Source of the DNA: a virus
Lineage: Duplodnaviria > Caudoviricetes
DNA: 64,000 nt
Strand: one strand, 5' to 3'
Virus record (IMG/VR): IMGVR_UViG_3300042554_001750
In this document: one piece after another, positions 55,016 to 64,000 of the stretch
How positions within the stretch are numbered: the stretch's first letter is position 1
Layout of the letters: the number at the start of each line of letters is the position of its first letter
The notes under the pieces: model-generated
The model's input: only the letters and a program-made list of their open reading frames with translations
The model's database searches: none
Told to the model about the DNA's origin: nothing
Program-made: the position numbers and the translations under genes

Positions 55016-55810
55016 ATGAAATTTAATAAAATATTTGCAGCAGCAATATTATCTTTAAGTGGGTTATCTGCATTTGCGCAAACTGCCGTGACACCACCCA
55101 CTGCACCCACTGTTCCCAACACAGTAACAGTTAGTCCCAATGCTACCACAGCATTGGGTAACAGCACAACCAACCGCATCTTTATTGATCAAAGTGGTTC
55201 CAATCCTGATGTGAACATGACACAAGATGGCAGTGGCAACAAGCAAGGAAGCGCACAAAGACCCATTTACTTGCGTGGTGCTGATCAGGTGATCATCACT
55301 CGTCAGATTGGCAACAACAATGAGATAGACTTAGAAGTTTCCAATCCCACAACAGGAGCCAGTGTGGGTGCCAAAGTTACCATTCAACAGATTGGCAACA
55401 GCAACAAAGTTGATGCAGCTTGCGGATATGGTAACAGCAGCACTGGCACAGCTCTAACAGGTTGCAAGAATGCTGACTTGAACTGGAAGTTCACTGGCAA
55501 CAGCAATGAGTTTCAGTTCCGTGCCAGTGGTGACGACATTCGCAGTGCTGTCACAGTAGCAGGCAATGGCAACAAGTTCTGGATTGACGCTGTGGGCAAC
55601 AAGCACAGTCAGACTCTAATGGTAACTGGTGACAACAATGAATTCAATCTAAGTCAAACCAGTACTGGCAGTGCTGGCAGCAGCATCTGGATTGATCAGA
55701 CTGGCACTGGCACCAAGTTCTTTGTGGCTCAAAGTGGAACTGTTGACAACGTTCTGAACATCAAGAGTGTTGCAACAGGAGGAACCTTTAATATAGTTCA
55801 GAAGAACTAA
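55016..55810 (+). CDS. Secreted curlin-like repeat protein
   Basis: Signal peptide; repeated (I/V).Q.G..N units. Confidence 0.7.
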   Translation: MKFNKIFAAAILSLSGLSAFAQTAVTPPTAPTVPNTVTVSPNATTALGNSTTNRIFIDQSGSNPDVNMTQDGSGNKQGSAQRPIYLRGADQVIITRQIGNNNEIDLEVSNPTTGASVGAKVTIQQIGNSNKVDAACGYGNSSTGTALTGCKNADLNWKFTGNSNEFQFRASGDDIRSAVTVAGNGNKFWIDAVGNKHSQTLMVTGDNNEFNLSQTSTGSAGSSIWIDQTGTGTKFFVAQSGTVDNVLNIKSVATGGTFNIVQKN

Positions 55811-55818
55811 GGATCATT

Positions 55819-57069
55819 GTGAAGCGACTACTTGTGGCCTTGTGTGGGCTAGTACTAAGCACAAGTGTACTAGCCAATGTGGGTTCTGTAGCAGAACTCA
55901 CGGGCACAGCCGTGATCAAGCGAGGCAAAACCACTGTACCAGTGACAAATGGCACAGTGGTTGAAATGAATGACCGAGTAGAAACTAAAAACGGTAAACT
56001 GAAAATTGTTTTCCGTGATAAAACCACTGTTAGTGTCACTGAAAGTAGTGCATTAGACATAGATGAGTTTGTGTATGATCCGAAAAATGCTGGTGCAGGC
56101 AAACTAGGTATAAAAGCTGCGGCGGGCACAGTACGATATGTCAGTGGTGCTATTGCTGGCGCTAATCCCAACGCTGTAAACATCAAAACACCCACAGCAG
56201 CCATCGCAGTTCGTGGTACAGATTTTGTCATGAGTGTGAATGAGATCGGTGGTAGCATGATTATCTTGATGCCACAGTGTGAGGAGCATGGTATAAATGT
56301 TCGTGGCATGATATGTGGTAGTGGCCGGATAGATGTTGAAAGTGGCGGAACAGTGGTGAACATGTCCAGACCCTATCAAGCCACACTAGTAGAAAAAACA
56401 GGCTCACCACCTAGTCCGCCCATTACAGTAAATCTATTCAATACACCAATTAGTAATAACTTGCAAATAGCTCCACCCAGAACCATGAGTGGTGGCAGTG
56501 TGGTAGCAGCAGCCCGGGCAGCAGTAGCACAAACTAGCAGTGGTGTTCGCAGTGCTGCAAGATCAAGTAGTGGCAGTGGTAGTTCAAGTGGCAGTAGTGG
56601 TTCAAGTGGCGGCGGAGCAGAACCTGCAGCAGCAAGCGATGCACCTCCAGCAGAGGCTGTTGTAGCCAGCGAATCAAATAAACCTGAAACGGTCGCCAGT
56701 AAAAGCGAAGAAACAACGACAGCAGTAGAAGCACCCAGTAATATCGTGTCTCTTGAACCAGTGCTTGAGCTAGTTACTAAAACAACAGAATCTGCCAAAG
56801 ATGAAAAAGCTGAACCCGCACCAACTGTGACAACCACTGAAACTAAAAGCGATGAAGATGCCAATCTCAGAAAGATTTATAGTGGAGCTTCACAATCAGG
56901 ATGGGGCTACGAAAGTTTGAGTAAAACCAGTCGTAACTATGCCAACATTGTGTTGCCTATCAATACTGCCATACAAATTTACATAGTTCAAGATAACATG
57001 GTTGCTGCTAAAAACTTTAGCAGTGGTCGCCCACAAGGGCAAATAGTAATCAATCAGACATTCAGATGA
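55819..57069 (+). CDS. FecR-domain protein
   Basis: Signal peptide; D.VET..G, IDEFVYDP, GTVRYVSG, IKTPTAAIAVRGTDF; S/A/E-rich linker. Confidence 0.85.
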   Translation: MKRLLVALCGLVLSTSVLANVGSVAELTGTAVIKRGKTTVPVTNGTVVEMNDRVETKNGKLKIVFRDKTTVSVTESSALDIDEFVYDPKNAGAGKLGIKAAAGTVRYVSGAIAGANPNAVNIKTPTAAIAVRGTDFVMSVNEIGGSMIILMPQCEEHGINVRGMICGSGRIDVESGGTVVNMSRPYQATLVEKTGSPPSPPITVNLFNTPISNNLQIAPPRTMSGGSVVAAARAAVAQTSSGVRSAARSSSGSGSSSGSSGSSGGGAEPAAASDAPPAEAVVASESNKPETVASKSEETTTAVEAPSNIVSLEPVLELVTKTTESAKDEKAEPAPTVTTTETKSDEDANLRKIYSGASQSGWGYESLSKTSRNYANIVLPINTAIQIYIVQDNMVAAKNFSSGRPQGQIVINQTFR

Positions 57070-58889
57070 AACTCTTACTAGCATTCATATTACTGTTGTT
57101 TTCAAATTTCAGTCAGGCAGCTTTTACTGACATAAAGTTTGGCCGCTATCAAGTAGCCGACAGTCAGTGGAATGTGAGTGCCTGCTTGAATACAACCACT
57201 TGCCAGATATACAGCAAGAATCCAGGAACTATGTACAAGATACCCTGGACCAGTGGCCAGTGGAGTTGGCAAACTGGGCAGTATGTTCAGTTCAGCCTAA
57301 GTGGTAACGCCAGCTTTCCCTATGAAGGCAAAGTGTATAATAGTAACGGCACCTTAGCAGGTACTATAGGCATTGGCAAGATAGTAAACATGGGCCCTGA
57401 CTATTTCTTCTTTGTGGGCAGTGACAATAACACAGGTCAATTGTTCAGCGGTAGTAGTGGCATGAGTAACACCAGTGGTGTTAGTTGGACAGGAACATTG
57501 AATCCTACAACAGCACAAGCAGATGCTTATGCTGATGCAAGTTATAGCACAGTGCCTTTAGCGGCAGGACAAACTGCTACAGTAACTCCCAGTTCATCTA
57601 ATACACCTGCACCCAACCCCAGACCAGTTTGGCCTGTGATCAATCGTGCCGCCAATCAAGTTCAGTTTGGCAGTGGTCGCACTGGTGGCTGGAGTACATA
57701 CTGGCAAGATTGTTGTGGCAGTGGAGGCGGAACATGGGGGTCAATAAATTATGGTGGCAATGGAAACAGTTCAGCACAATTTTGGGCTACAACATATATG
57801 CGTTGGCCAGGAGCAGACAATGGGGTAAGCAGAACCATATGGTTTAGAACGGGTCTGGATGACGCCCATCAATTACGAATAAATGGTCAACTGGTCACTA
57901 GTGGTGGTTGCTGTAGTTGGGCATATGGGTCATATACTGCCAAGCCTGGCGAAATTGTAAAACTTGAGTTCTACAGTAATAACTCTGGCGGCAATGACTG
58001 GGTATTTCAGGTTGCCTGGGATCCGCAAGGTGATGGTAGTTATGAATTACTAGACAGCAACACAGTCGCACTACAAAGTGCCACAGATGGTGGTGGCGGT
58101 TTCTGGTACGGCAGCGGTATAACCACAGATCAAACTAATATCATGAACAGTGCCAGAACACGCACAGGAGCTGTAGCACTGGGCAATCGCATTGACCTAG
58201 AACAAAAAATAGGCACTAGTGGCAGTGTAGTTACAATAGAACAGACTGGTAACTATAATTTGATTCAGGGGTTAGGTGGCGGCAATGCCATCATTGATGG
58301 TCAGAACAACACACTAAACATCAAGCAAGGTGACACATTGGGTCGTAACTTGATTGAATTGGGTGTATACGGAAATACCAATACTGTTACAGTAAATCAA
58401 GCCCGTAATACTACCACTGGGTTGCAAGATGGCAGCGAAAGCGGCGGACATTATGCTGGCTTAGGCGTCAATGGTAATAGTAACACAGTCACAATTAGAC
58501 AGGGCAATGATGGTGGTATCAGTAGCGGACATTTCGGTTTAATGTACATCAAGGGTGATACCAACAACATGTCACTTACACAAGCCAACAACAATGACAA
58601 GAGAGCATTTATTAGTGTTGATGGTAACAATAATAATAGCATATTATCGCAATCAGGTTTGGGCAACCACTATATTGACTTAATGATGACTGGCAACGGT
58701 CACACAGCCAACATCACACAGTCAGGAAATGCCACACATAGAGCCACAATCAACTTGACCAATGCCGGCGGTTCAAGCATTCTAAACTTGATTCAGCAAG
58801 GTAGTACAGCACAACAATACAGTATTGTGCAGCAATGTGCTAACTTACAGGGCTGTAGTGTTACTGTAACACAAGGCAATGGACCGTAA
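57066..58889 (+). CDS. Secreted protein: PA14-like domain and C-terminal curlin repeats
   Basis: LDDAHQLRINGQ (PA14-like DD); C-terminal EQTGNYN, KQGD, RQGN, SQSG.GN, TQSGN repeats. Confidence 0.68.
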   Translation: MKLLLAFILLLFSNFSQAAFTDIKFGRYQVADSQWNVSACLNTTTCQIYSKNPGTMYKIPWTSGQWSWQTGQYVQFSLSGNASFPYEGKVYNSNGTLAGTIGIGKIVNMGPDYFFFVGSDNNTGQLFSGSSGMSNTSGVSWTGTLNPTTAQADAYADASYSTVPLAAGQTATVTPSSSNTPAPNPRPVWPVINRAANQVQFGSGRTGGWSTYWQDCCGSGGGTWGSINYGGNGNSSAQFWATTYMRWPGADNGVSRTIWFRTGLDDAHQLRINGQLVTSGGCCSWAYGSYTAKPGEIVKLEFYSNNSGGNDWVFQVAWDPQGDGSYELLDSNTVALQSATDGGGGFWYGSGITTDQTNIMNSARTRTGAVALGNRIDLEQKIGTSGSVVTIEQTGNYNLIQGLGGGNAIIDGQNNTLNIKQGDTLGRNLIELGVYGNTNTVTVNQARNTTTGLQDGSESGGHYAGLGVNGNSNTVTIRQGNDGGISSGHFGLMYIKGDTNNMSLTQANNNDKRAFISVDGNNNNSILSQSGLGNHYIDLMMTGNGHTANITQSGNATHRATINLTNAGGSSILNLIQQGSTAQQYSIVQQCANLQGCSVTVTQGNGP

Positions 58890-58902
58890 TAAATAAAAGA
58901 CT

Positions 58903-60960
58903 ATGAAAAAAATCTTATTAAATCCCTGGACAGCACTTGCCACCCTCGTAATTGTGTTATTCGTCCGTATGTTAGATCCTACATTTGTAGAAAGTGTAAG
59001 GTTACGCTATTTTGATACACTAATTACTAGCCAACCGGATAAACCTGTCAGTGTTAGTGTTGTCAACATAGATGAAGCTAGTTTAGACAAGTATGGACAG
59101 TTTCCATTTCCAAGAGATGTATATGCTCAAATAATACAGGACATTTATAAACGAAACGCAGGATTAGTTGTATTCAATGTATTGATGCCTGAAAAGGACA
59201 GATTTAACAAAGATACCGTTTTAGCTCAAACATTAGAAAAAAATCCAGTTGTATTACCTGCATTAGGTAGCACTAAGAGTAAAAATACTGATGTTGGTAG
59301 CGCAGTTCAAATTGTTGGAAAAAATGTAGAAGGCAGTCTAGTACAGTACCCTGGATACATTACATCAGTTAATGAAATATCTGATAAGGCTGCAGGAGTT
59401 GGTATCGTTAATACTTTTCCAGAAGTTGACGGTGTTGTTCGTCGCATGCCATTAGTTATTATTGCAGGAGAAAATGTTCACCCTGCACTATCATTAGAAG
59501 CATTGAGAGTTATAGCACAAGATACAAAAATTCAAGTTAAAATTTCAGAGTTGGGCGTTGAAGCATTGCGTATTCCAAATTTTGCAAAAATCAAAACAGA
59601 CAATTTAAGTCGTATATGGATAGATTATAGTGGTAAACCCGAGCAGTATAGTTTAGTTGATATGCCAAAAGATTTTGAAGGCAAAGTTGTTGTGGTTGGT
59701 TTAAGTGCAGCTGGATTAGTAAATCCTGTGCCAACAAGTCGCGGAGAAATATGGCCACAAGAACTACAAGCCAGTGTAATGGGAACCATCTTAAATGATA
59801 CAGTAATCAGTCGTCCTAATTATGCCAATGAGTTAGAAATACTTGCAATATTAGTTGCAGGTATATTATTGATATTCTTAATGAGGTGGACATATGTTGG
59901 TATTGCGGCAACAGTTGTTACGGTTGGTGGTGTTATTGTTGGTAGCATCTATGCTTACAGTAACTTTTTATTCTTATTTGATAGTACTGCCTTCGCAGTT
60001 GGCGTTGGATTGGTCGCTCTGCACGCCTACATGGTCAAGTTCGTATCAGAATTCTTACAGAAACAGCAAATAAGAAAACAGTTCCAAAGTTATCTAAGCC
60101 CTGACTTAGTTGCTAAGTTAATCAAAGATCCTAGTTTATTAAAACTAGGCGGTGAGGAAAAAGAACTGTCTATTATGTTTACTGATGTTCGCGGATTTAC
60201 ATCAATCTCTGAACATTATGGTCGTGATGTACAAGGACTTACTAGCATCATGAACCGTTATATGACTGCCATGACTAGAACTATTCTAGAAACAGGTGGC
60301 ACATTAGACAAGTACATCGGTGACGCACAAATGGCATTCTGGAATGCACCATTAGATGAAACTAAGCACTGCAAAGATGCTGTTAAAGCCGCGTTAGAAA
60401 TGTTAGGAAGTTTAGATGGGTTTAATGCAGGTATTAAAGAAGAAGGGGTTCCTCCATTCGGTATGGGCATTGGTATTAACACTGGTGTTGTTGTGGTTGG
60501 CAATATGGGTAGTGAGCAACGCTTTGACTATACTTGCCTTGGCGACGCTGTTAATTTGGCTAGTCGTTTAGAAGGTCAATCTAAGAACTATGGCGTACTA
60601 ATTGTTCTTGGTCCTGTGACTGCTGAACGGTTAGGTGATGAATACTTTACATTAGAATTAGATTGTATTGCTGTTAAGGGTAAAAAAGAAGGTGTTAATA
60701 TCTATACAGTATTCTACAATCCTTCAACAAATGTTGAAATGGTAAAATGGAAAACAGCAAAAGAGTTACATGAATTAATGTTAGCTTATTATCGCAAACA
60801 ACAGTGGGATAAGGCAATAGAATTGATACACAGCCTTAAGGGAGAATTTAGTGGCGGCATGGATAATTATTATGATCTATGGCTTGAAAGAGTTGAAGAA
60901 ATGCGCAATGCTAATTTACCAACTGATTGGGACGGAGTGTTCCGGGCTACAAGTAAATAA
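58903..60960 (+). CDS. CHASE2-domain class III adenylate cyclase
   Basis: VVNIDEASL..YGQFPFPR, DGVVRR (CHASE2); 3 TM; FTDVRGFT, DKYIGD, DYT.LGDAVNLASRLE. Confidence 0.93.
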   Translation: MKKILLNPWTALATLVIVLFVRMLDPTFVESVRLRYFDTLITSQPDKPVSVSVVNIDEASLDKYGQFPFPRDVYAQIIQDIYKRNAGLVVFNVLMPEKDRFNKDTVLAQTLEKNPVVLPALGSTKSKNTDVGSAVQIVGKNVEGSLVQYPGYITSVNEISDKAAGVGIVNTFPEVDGVVRRMPLVIIAGENVHPALSLEALRVIAQDTKIQVKISELGVEALRIPNFAKIKTDNLSRIWIDYSGKPEQYSLVDMPKDFEGKVVVVGLSAAGLVNPVPTSRGEIWPQELQASVMGTILNDTVISRPNYANELEILAILVAGILLIFLMRWTYVGIAATVVTVGGVIVGSIYAYSNFLFLFDSTAFAVGVGLVALHAYMVKFVSEFLQKQQIRKQFQSYLSPDLVAKLIKDPSLLKLGGEEKELSIMFTDVRGFTSISEHYGRDVQGLTSIMNRYMTAMTRTILETGGTLDKYIGDAQMAFWNAPLDETKHCKDAVKAALEMLGSLDGFNAGIKEEGVPPFGMGIGINTGVVVVGNMGSEQRFDYTCLGDAVNLASRLEGQSKNYGVLIVLGPVTAERLGDEYFTLELDCIAVKGKKEGVNIYTVFYNPSTNVEMVKWKTAKELHELMLAYYRKQQWDKAIELIHSLKGEFSGGMDNYYDLWLERVEEMRNANLPTDWDGVFRATSK

Positions 60961-61011
60961 CCTTTGACTCATTGGTAAAAATATGTTATACTATAAAGAA
61001 TGGATTAATTT

Positions 61012-61770
61012 ATGCTACGATCATTATACAAAATATTTTTTATTGGTATACTACTTTCCTTATTTCCTAGCTGGGGCAGAGCCGATCCTCTGCCCAACAT
61101 CACCGCGCAAGCCTGGTTAATTGCTGATGTAAATGGTAATATTTTACAAGGTTCTAACACAACTGATGTCCGTAGTATAGCAAGTATTACAAAATTAATG
61201 ACTGTGATGGTTGTTATTGATGCACAACAAGACCTCAATGAAGTTGTCACCAAGAAGTTATTCAATAAAAATCTAACTAGAATGGATCTTATTGATTTAG
61301 CAATCGTTAAATCAGATAATGAAGCTTCAAAAATATTATGTGACAAGTACCCGGGTGGGTACAAAAGTTGCGTTCAGGCTATGAATGATAAGGCGCGTGG
61401 ATTGCAAATGTACAATACCAGCTTTACTGATCCAACTGGAAGAATGCATGACAATGTAAGCACTGCTCAAGACTTAATAAAATTAGTTATAGCCTCTAGC
61501 TCTTATCAAGTAATTGTTGATGCTAGCAAAAAGGATCATTTAAGTTACTCAACAGGAAAAAGAAATTCTATAGTATTCAACAATACTAATAATTTAGTCG
61601 GAAAAGGTTACGATTTTATTGTCACTAAAACCGGCTTCATAAACAAAGCAGGTGGCTGCATTGTGTTTATGATAGACACTGTTCGTGGAGTAAGAACTGT
61701 GATTGTATTGGGAAGTAAAAATACTAGAACTAGAATCCCCGAAGCTTTCTTGTTATCTACATTATACTGA
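61012..61770 (+). CDS. D-alanyl-D-alanine carboxypeptidase (peptidase S11)
   Basis: SITK, SDN and KTG catalytic motifs. Confidence 0.9.
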   Translation: MLRSLYKIFFIGILLSLFPSWGRADPLPNITAQAWLIADVNGNILQGSNTTDVRSIASITKLMTVMVVIDAQQDLNEVVTKKLFNKNLTRMDLIDLAIVKSDNEASKILCDKYPGGYKSCVQAMNDKARGLQMYNTSFTDPTGRMHDNVSTAQDLIKLVIASSSYQVIVDASKKDHLSYSTGKRNSIVFNNTNNLVGKGYDFIVTKTGFINKAGGCIVFMIDTVRGVRTVIVLGSKNTRTRIPEAFLLSTLY

Positions 61771-62064
61771 CTTTAAAGAATCCAAATACTTTTTGTATTT
61801 TAAATTACCTTCAGGTATGTAGTCAATATTCATAACAGGGCTGTAATCAGTTTCAACTAGATTGACAATTTCATCCCCGAACTTAATGGTCAAGTATGAT
61901 AATGTTTTATCACTATTTTCTTGACCTTCACTGAATGCCAACAATAAATGATGTAGCCACTTGATTTTTCTTTTACAATATTTTTTAACTTGGGAATCTG
62001 ATAAGATATCAGTAAAGTTATTTGACTCGCGGTAAAATACTAGATATTTCATTATTTCTTCCAA
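61762..62064 (-). CDS. Hypothetical protein
   Basis: Part of a contiguous minus-strand cluster. Confidence 0.6.
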   Translation of the reverse strand: MEEIMKYLVFYRESNNFTDILSDSQVKKYCKRKIKWLHHLLLAFSEGQENSDKTLSYLTIKFGDEIVNLVETDYSPVMNIDYIPEGNLKYKKYLDSLKSV

Positions 62065-62255
62065 ATTGTAAAAGCGATGTAGTCTCTTTCTGATTCAAAA
62101 AAGAATATCCAGCTATTATACATTTCTTCATGCGGATCTTCCATGTACCTCCACTCACTAGTACAATTACGATCACACCATTCAACAACGGGTCGTAGTT
62201 CGCCGTATGGTAATTTTATCTCAACTTTATACGCTGTCGGTATACTGATGGACAT
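62052..62255 (-). CDS. Hypothetical protein
   Basis: WCDRNC..EW; FFFESERDY..F. Confidence 0.65.
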   Translation of the reverse strand: MSISIPTAYKVEIKLPYGELRPVVEWCDRNCTSEWRYMEDPHEEMYNSWIFFFESERDYIAFTIWKK

Positions 62256-62757
62256 TGACCCCGCCTTGTTTTAAAAAGGTTACTCCTGAGTCATCGCGGT
62301 ATTGCTCACGGTAGTATAGTGTATTGATTCCTGATTGGTATATCAGTTTAGCGCACTCAATACATGGCGCATGTGTACAAAACATAGTTGCCCCGTCACT
62401 GCTTTCAGTGGACCTGGACACTTTAGCGATGGAGTTACTTTCGGCGTGAAGTACCTCTGGTTTGGTTCGTAAGCGATAGCGTCCCTCTACCTCGTTCCCG
62501 TTGGCATCTACATATGTGCCTTCATGGGGCCAACGTTCCTCAATTTCATCAGGGTTTAGCCAACCACCTGCGTCACCGCTCATCCATTCCCGATCTTCAC
62601 AATTGTTTTCCCAACCAGTGGGCATACCATTGTAGCCTGTGCCAATGATTTGATTACCTTTAACGATTACTGCACCTACTTGTAATCGTTTCGCATAGCT
62701 TAACTTACTCGTCAAGTTTGCTATACTCATAAAGTAATCAATAAATTTCTTTTTCAC
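62227..62757 (-). CDS. dCMP deaminase
   Basis: QVGAVIV, GYNG, HAESN, THAPCIEC. Confidence 0.94.
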   Translation of the reverse strand: MKKKFIDYFMSIANLTSKLSYAKRLQVGAVIVKGNQIIGTGYNGMPTGWENNCEDREWMSGDAGGWLNPDEIEERWPHEGTYVDANGNEVEGRYRLRTKPEVLHAESNSIAKVSRSTESSDGATMFCTHAPCIECAKLIYQSGINTLYYREQYRDDSGVTFLKQGGVNVHQYTDSV

Positions 62758-63083
62758 TTAATATAACCTAGTTTTTCAATATGAAGTTTGGCAGTTGAAT
62801 CACTTAATGCTTTTAGAAAAAAATTGTTAAATCCAAATCTTTCGCAGAATGCTTCTCCGAATGTCTTACCTTTTAATTTATCAAAAATAAATTCCTCACA
62901 GAATATTTCATAGTCAACAGTACTTATTGTTTTTTCACTGTTGGTTGTTAAACTTTCTAATGCACCCAACGAATACATAAAACTGTCGTTCATATTAATC
63001 CCAAAGATTCCTATAATACTTACCAAACAATTCAAGACCTTCTTGAATTCGTTCTTCGTGTAATTGGTGACCAACATGATCAT
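62754..63083 (-). CDS. Hypothetical protein (true start probably near 62994)
   Basis: FIFDKLKG..FG.AFCERF. Confidence 0.55.
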   Translation of the reverse strand: MIMLVTNYTKNEFKKVLNCLVSIIGIFGINMNDSFMYSLGALESLTTNSEKTISTVDYEIFCEEFIFDKLKGKTFGEAFCERFGFNNFFLKALSDSTAKLHIEKLGYIK

Positions 63084-63534
63084 ACCAATGTTGATTGGGA
63101 TTTTTATCTACCATGCGAAATGTATCTTCCATCTTACCTGAAATGGGATTAGGATATTGTTTATCAGACTTTACAAAATCATACTCACTTTTTCCATGCC
63201 GATATTTATCTTCGTATGATTCTAGTGCTATCTGTTGGAAACTCCAAATCATCTTGTCAAGAACTTCGTCCCAAAGTTTACACTTTTCATCAAATGCTTC
63301 TTTGTGTGTTTCTTTGTAAAAGTCAAAACTGTCTTGATCAACATAATCTTCTCCCCCTATATCAGCAATAAAATCACCAGGAACACCGTGTTTTGTTGCC
63401 TTCAATTGTAAAAGTGCAGGAAGGATAATTAATGCAAGTGTGTAATCTAAACTGAATGTGTCGTGTCTTTCAATATCAATATCAAATCTTTGTCCAATTT
63501 CTGATTTGAGATACTTACCAATCTTTACCTTCAT
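62995..63534 (-). CDS. Hypothetical protein
   Basis: TLALIILPAL.QLK...HGVP; W..VLDKMIWSF; GLELFGKYY..LWD. Confidence 0.78.
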   Translation of the reverse strand: MKVKIGKYLKSEIGQRFDIDIERHDTFSLDYTLALIILPALLQLKATKHGVPGDFIADIGGEDYVDQDSFDFYKETHKEAFDEKCKLWDEVLDKMIWSFQQIALESYEDKYRHGKSEYDFVKSDKQYPNPISGKMEDTFRMVDKNPNQHWYDHVGHQLHEERIQEGLELFGKYYRNLWD

Positions 63535-63872
63535 TGTATTTTACCATTAATAATTTTAATAATTTTATTATCCGGCGCCGCAAGTAAAGCAAAGTTCACA
63601 TTTTTATTTTTAAATAGATTTTCTGCAACTTCGTCTAATGATGATCCTTGCGCCATAAAATCATTTGATTTAATGTCGTATGTATAAAAAACATTGTTAT
63701 GAGTTTCTACTTTTAACATTCTAATATCAGGTGTCACAACTTTATTTTCTTCTAGGTTTATGCCTTCCTTTTCTGCTAACTTTATAAGTTGACGATATAC
63801 TTTGAATGCAAAATAATTATAGCCCAAAAAACAGCCTATAACAAATCCTATGAGGTAATTTAGAAGTTCCAT
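63531..63872 (-). CDS. Hypothetical membrane-anchored protein
   Basis: N-terminal TM; FYTYD...NDFMAQG. Confidence 0.7.
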   Translation of the reverse strand: MELLNYLIGFVIGCFLGYNYFAFKVYRQLIKLAEKEGINLEENKVVTPDIRMLKVETHNNVFYTYDIKSNDFMAQGSSLDEVAENLFKNKNVNFALLAAPDNKIIKIINGKIQ

Positions 63873-64000
63873 GATGTGTATTTATTTGATTTTAATGTTA
63901 GAATAGACTTTCAATTTCTCAAACTTTTTATTTTTGGCAGTGTTAATACCATCTTGTGAAACACCTACCTTTTGTTTCACAAGAAGTTGAATCATAGCCT

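Overview
This is a 64-kb segment of a large, AT-rich T4-like myophage genome. The host is probably a proteobacterium, inferred from sigma70 promoters, rrn-type boxA sites and ErpA/AhpCD genes; many T4-type late TAAATA promoters are also present. Left arm (1-20 kb): tail-fibre and LamG-lectin virion proteins, class Ia RNR (nrdA/nrdB), a GIY-YIG homing endonuclease, glutaredoxin and a PAAR protein. 20-25 kb: SleB-like hydrolase, GNAT, and ahpC-aldolase-ahpD. 25-37 kb: a translation island of 28 tRNA genes covering all 20 amino acids, interleaved with HNH endonucleases, QueC-like, SpeD-like, phosphoesterase, DUF2828 (TROVE/Ro60-like with vWA) and 2OG-oxygenase genes and many non-tRNA structured RNAs. 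37-43 kb: early host-takeover region with repeated strong promoters and an ArfA-like small protein. 43-53 kb (minus strand): tail-fibre-like genes, erpA, sod and infA. 53.7-61.8 kb: csgF-csgG-curlin-FecR-curlin/PA14-CHASE2 adenylate cyclase and a D,D-carboxypeptidase. The two most striking unexplained signals are: (1) a 44-codon leader peptide with mutually exclusive antiterminator/terminator hairpins at the entrance of the tRNA array, which looks like a general translation-sensing attenuator; and (2) a family of RNAs with a 7-bp closing stem and an ACAGCAA motif, three of which form a promoter-to-terminator operon with the Ro60-like DUF2828 gene, a candidate Y-RNA-analogous ribonucleoprotein system. 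All assignments were made by eye from motifs; no searches or folding programs were run.
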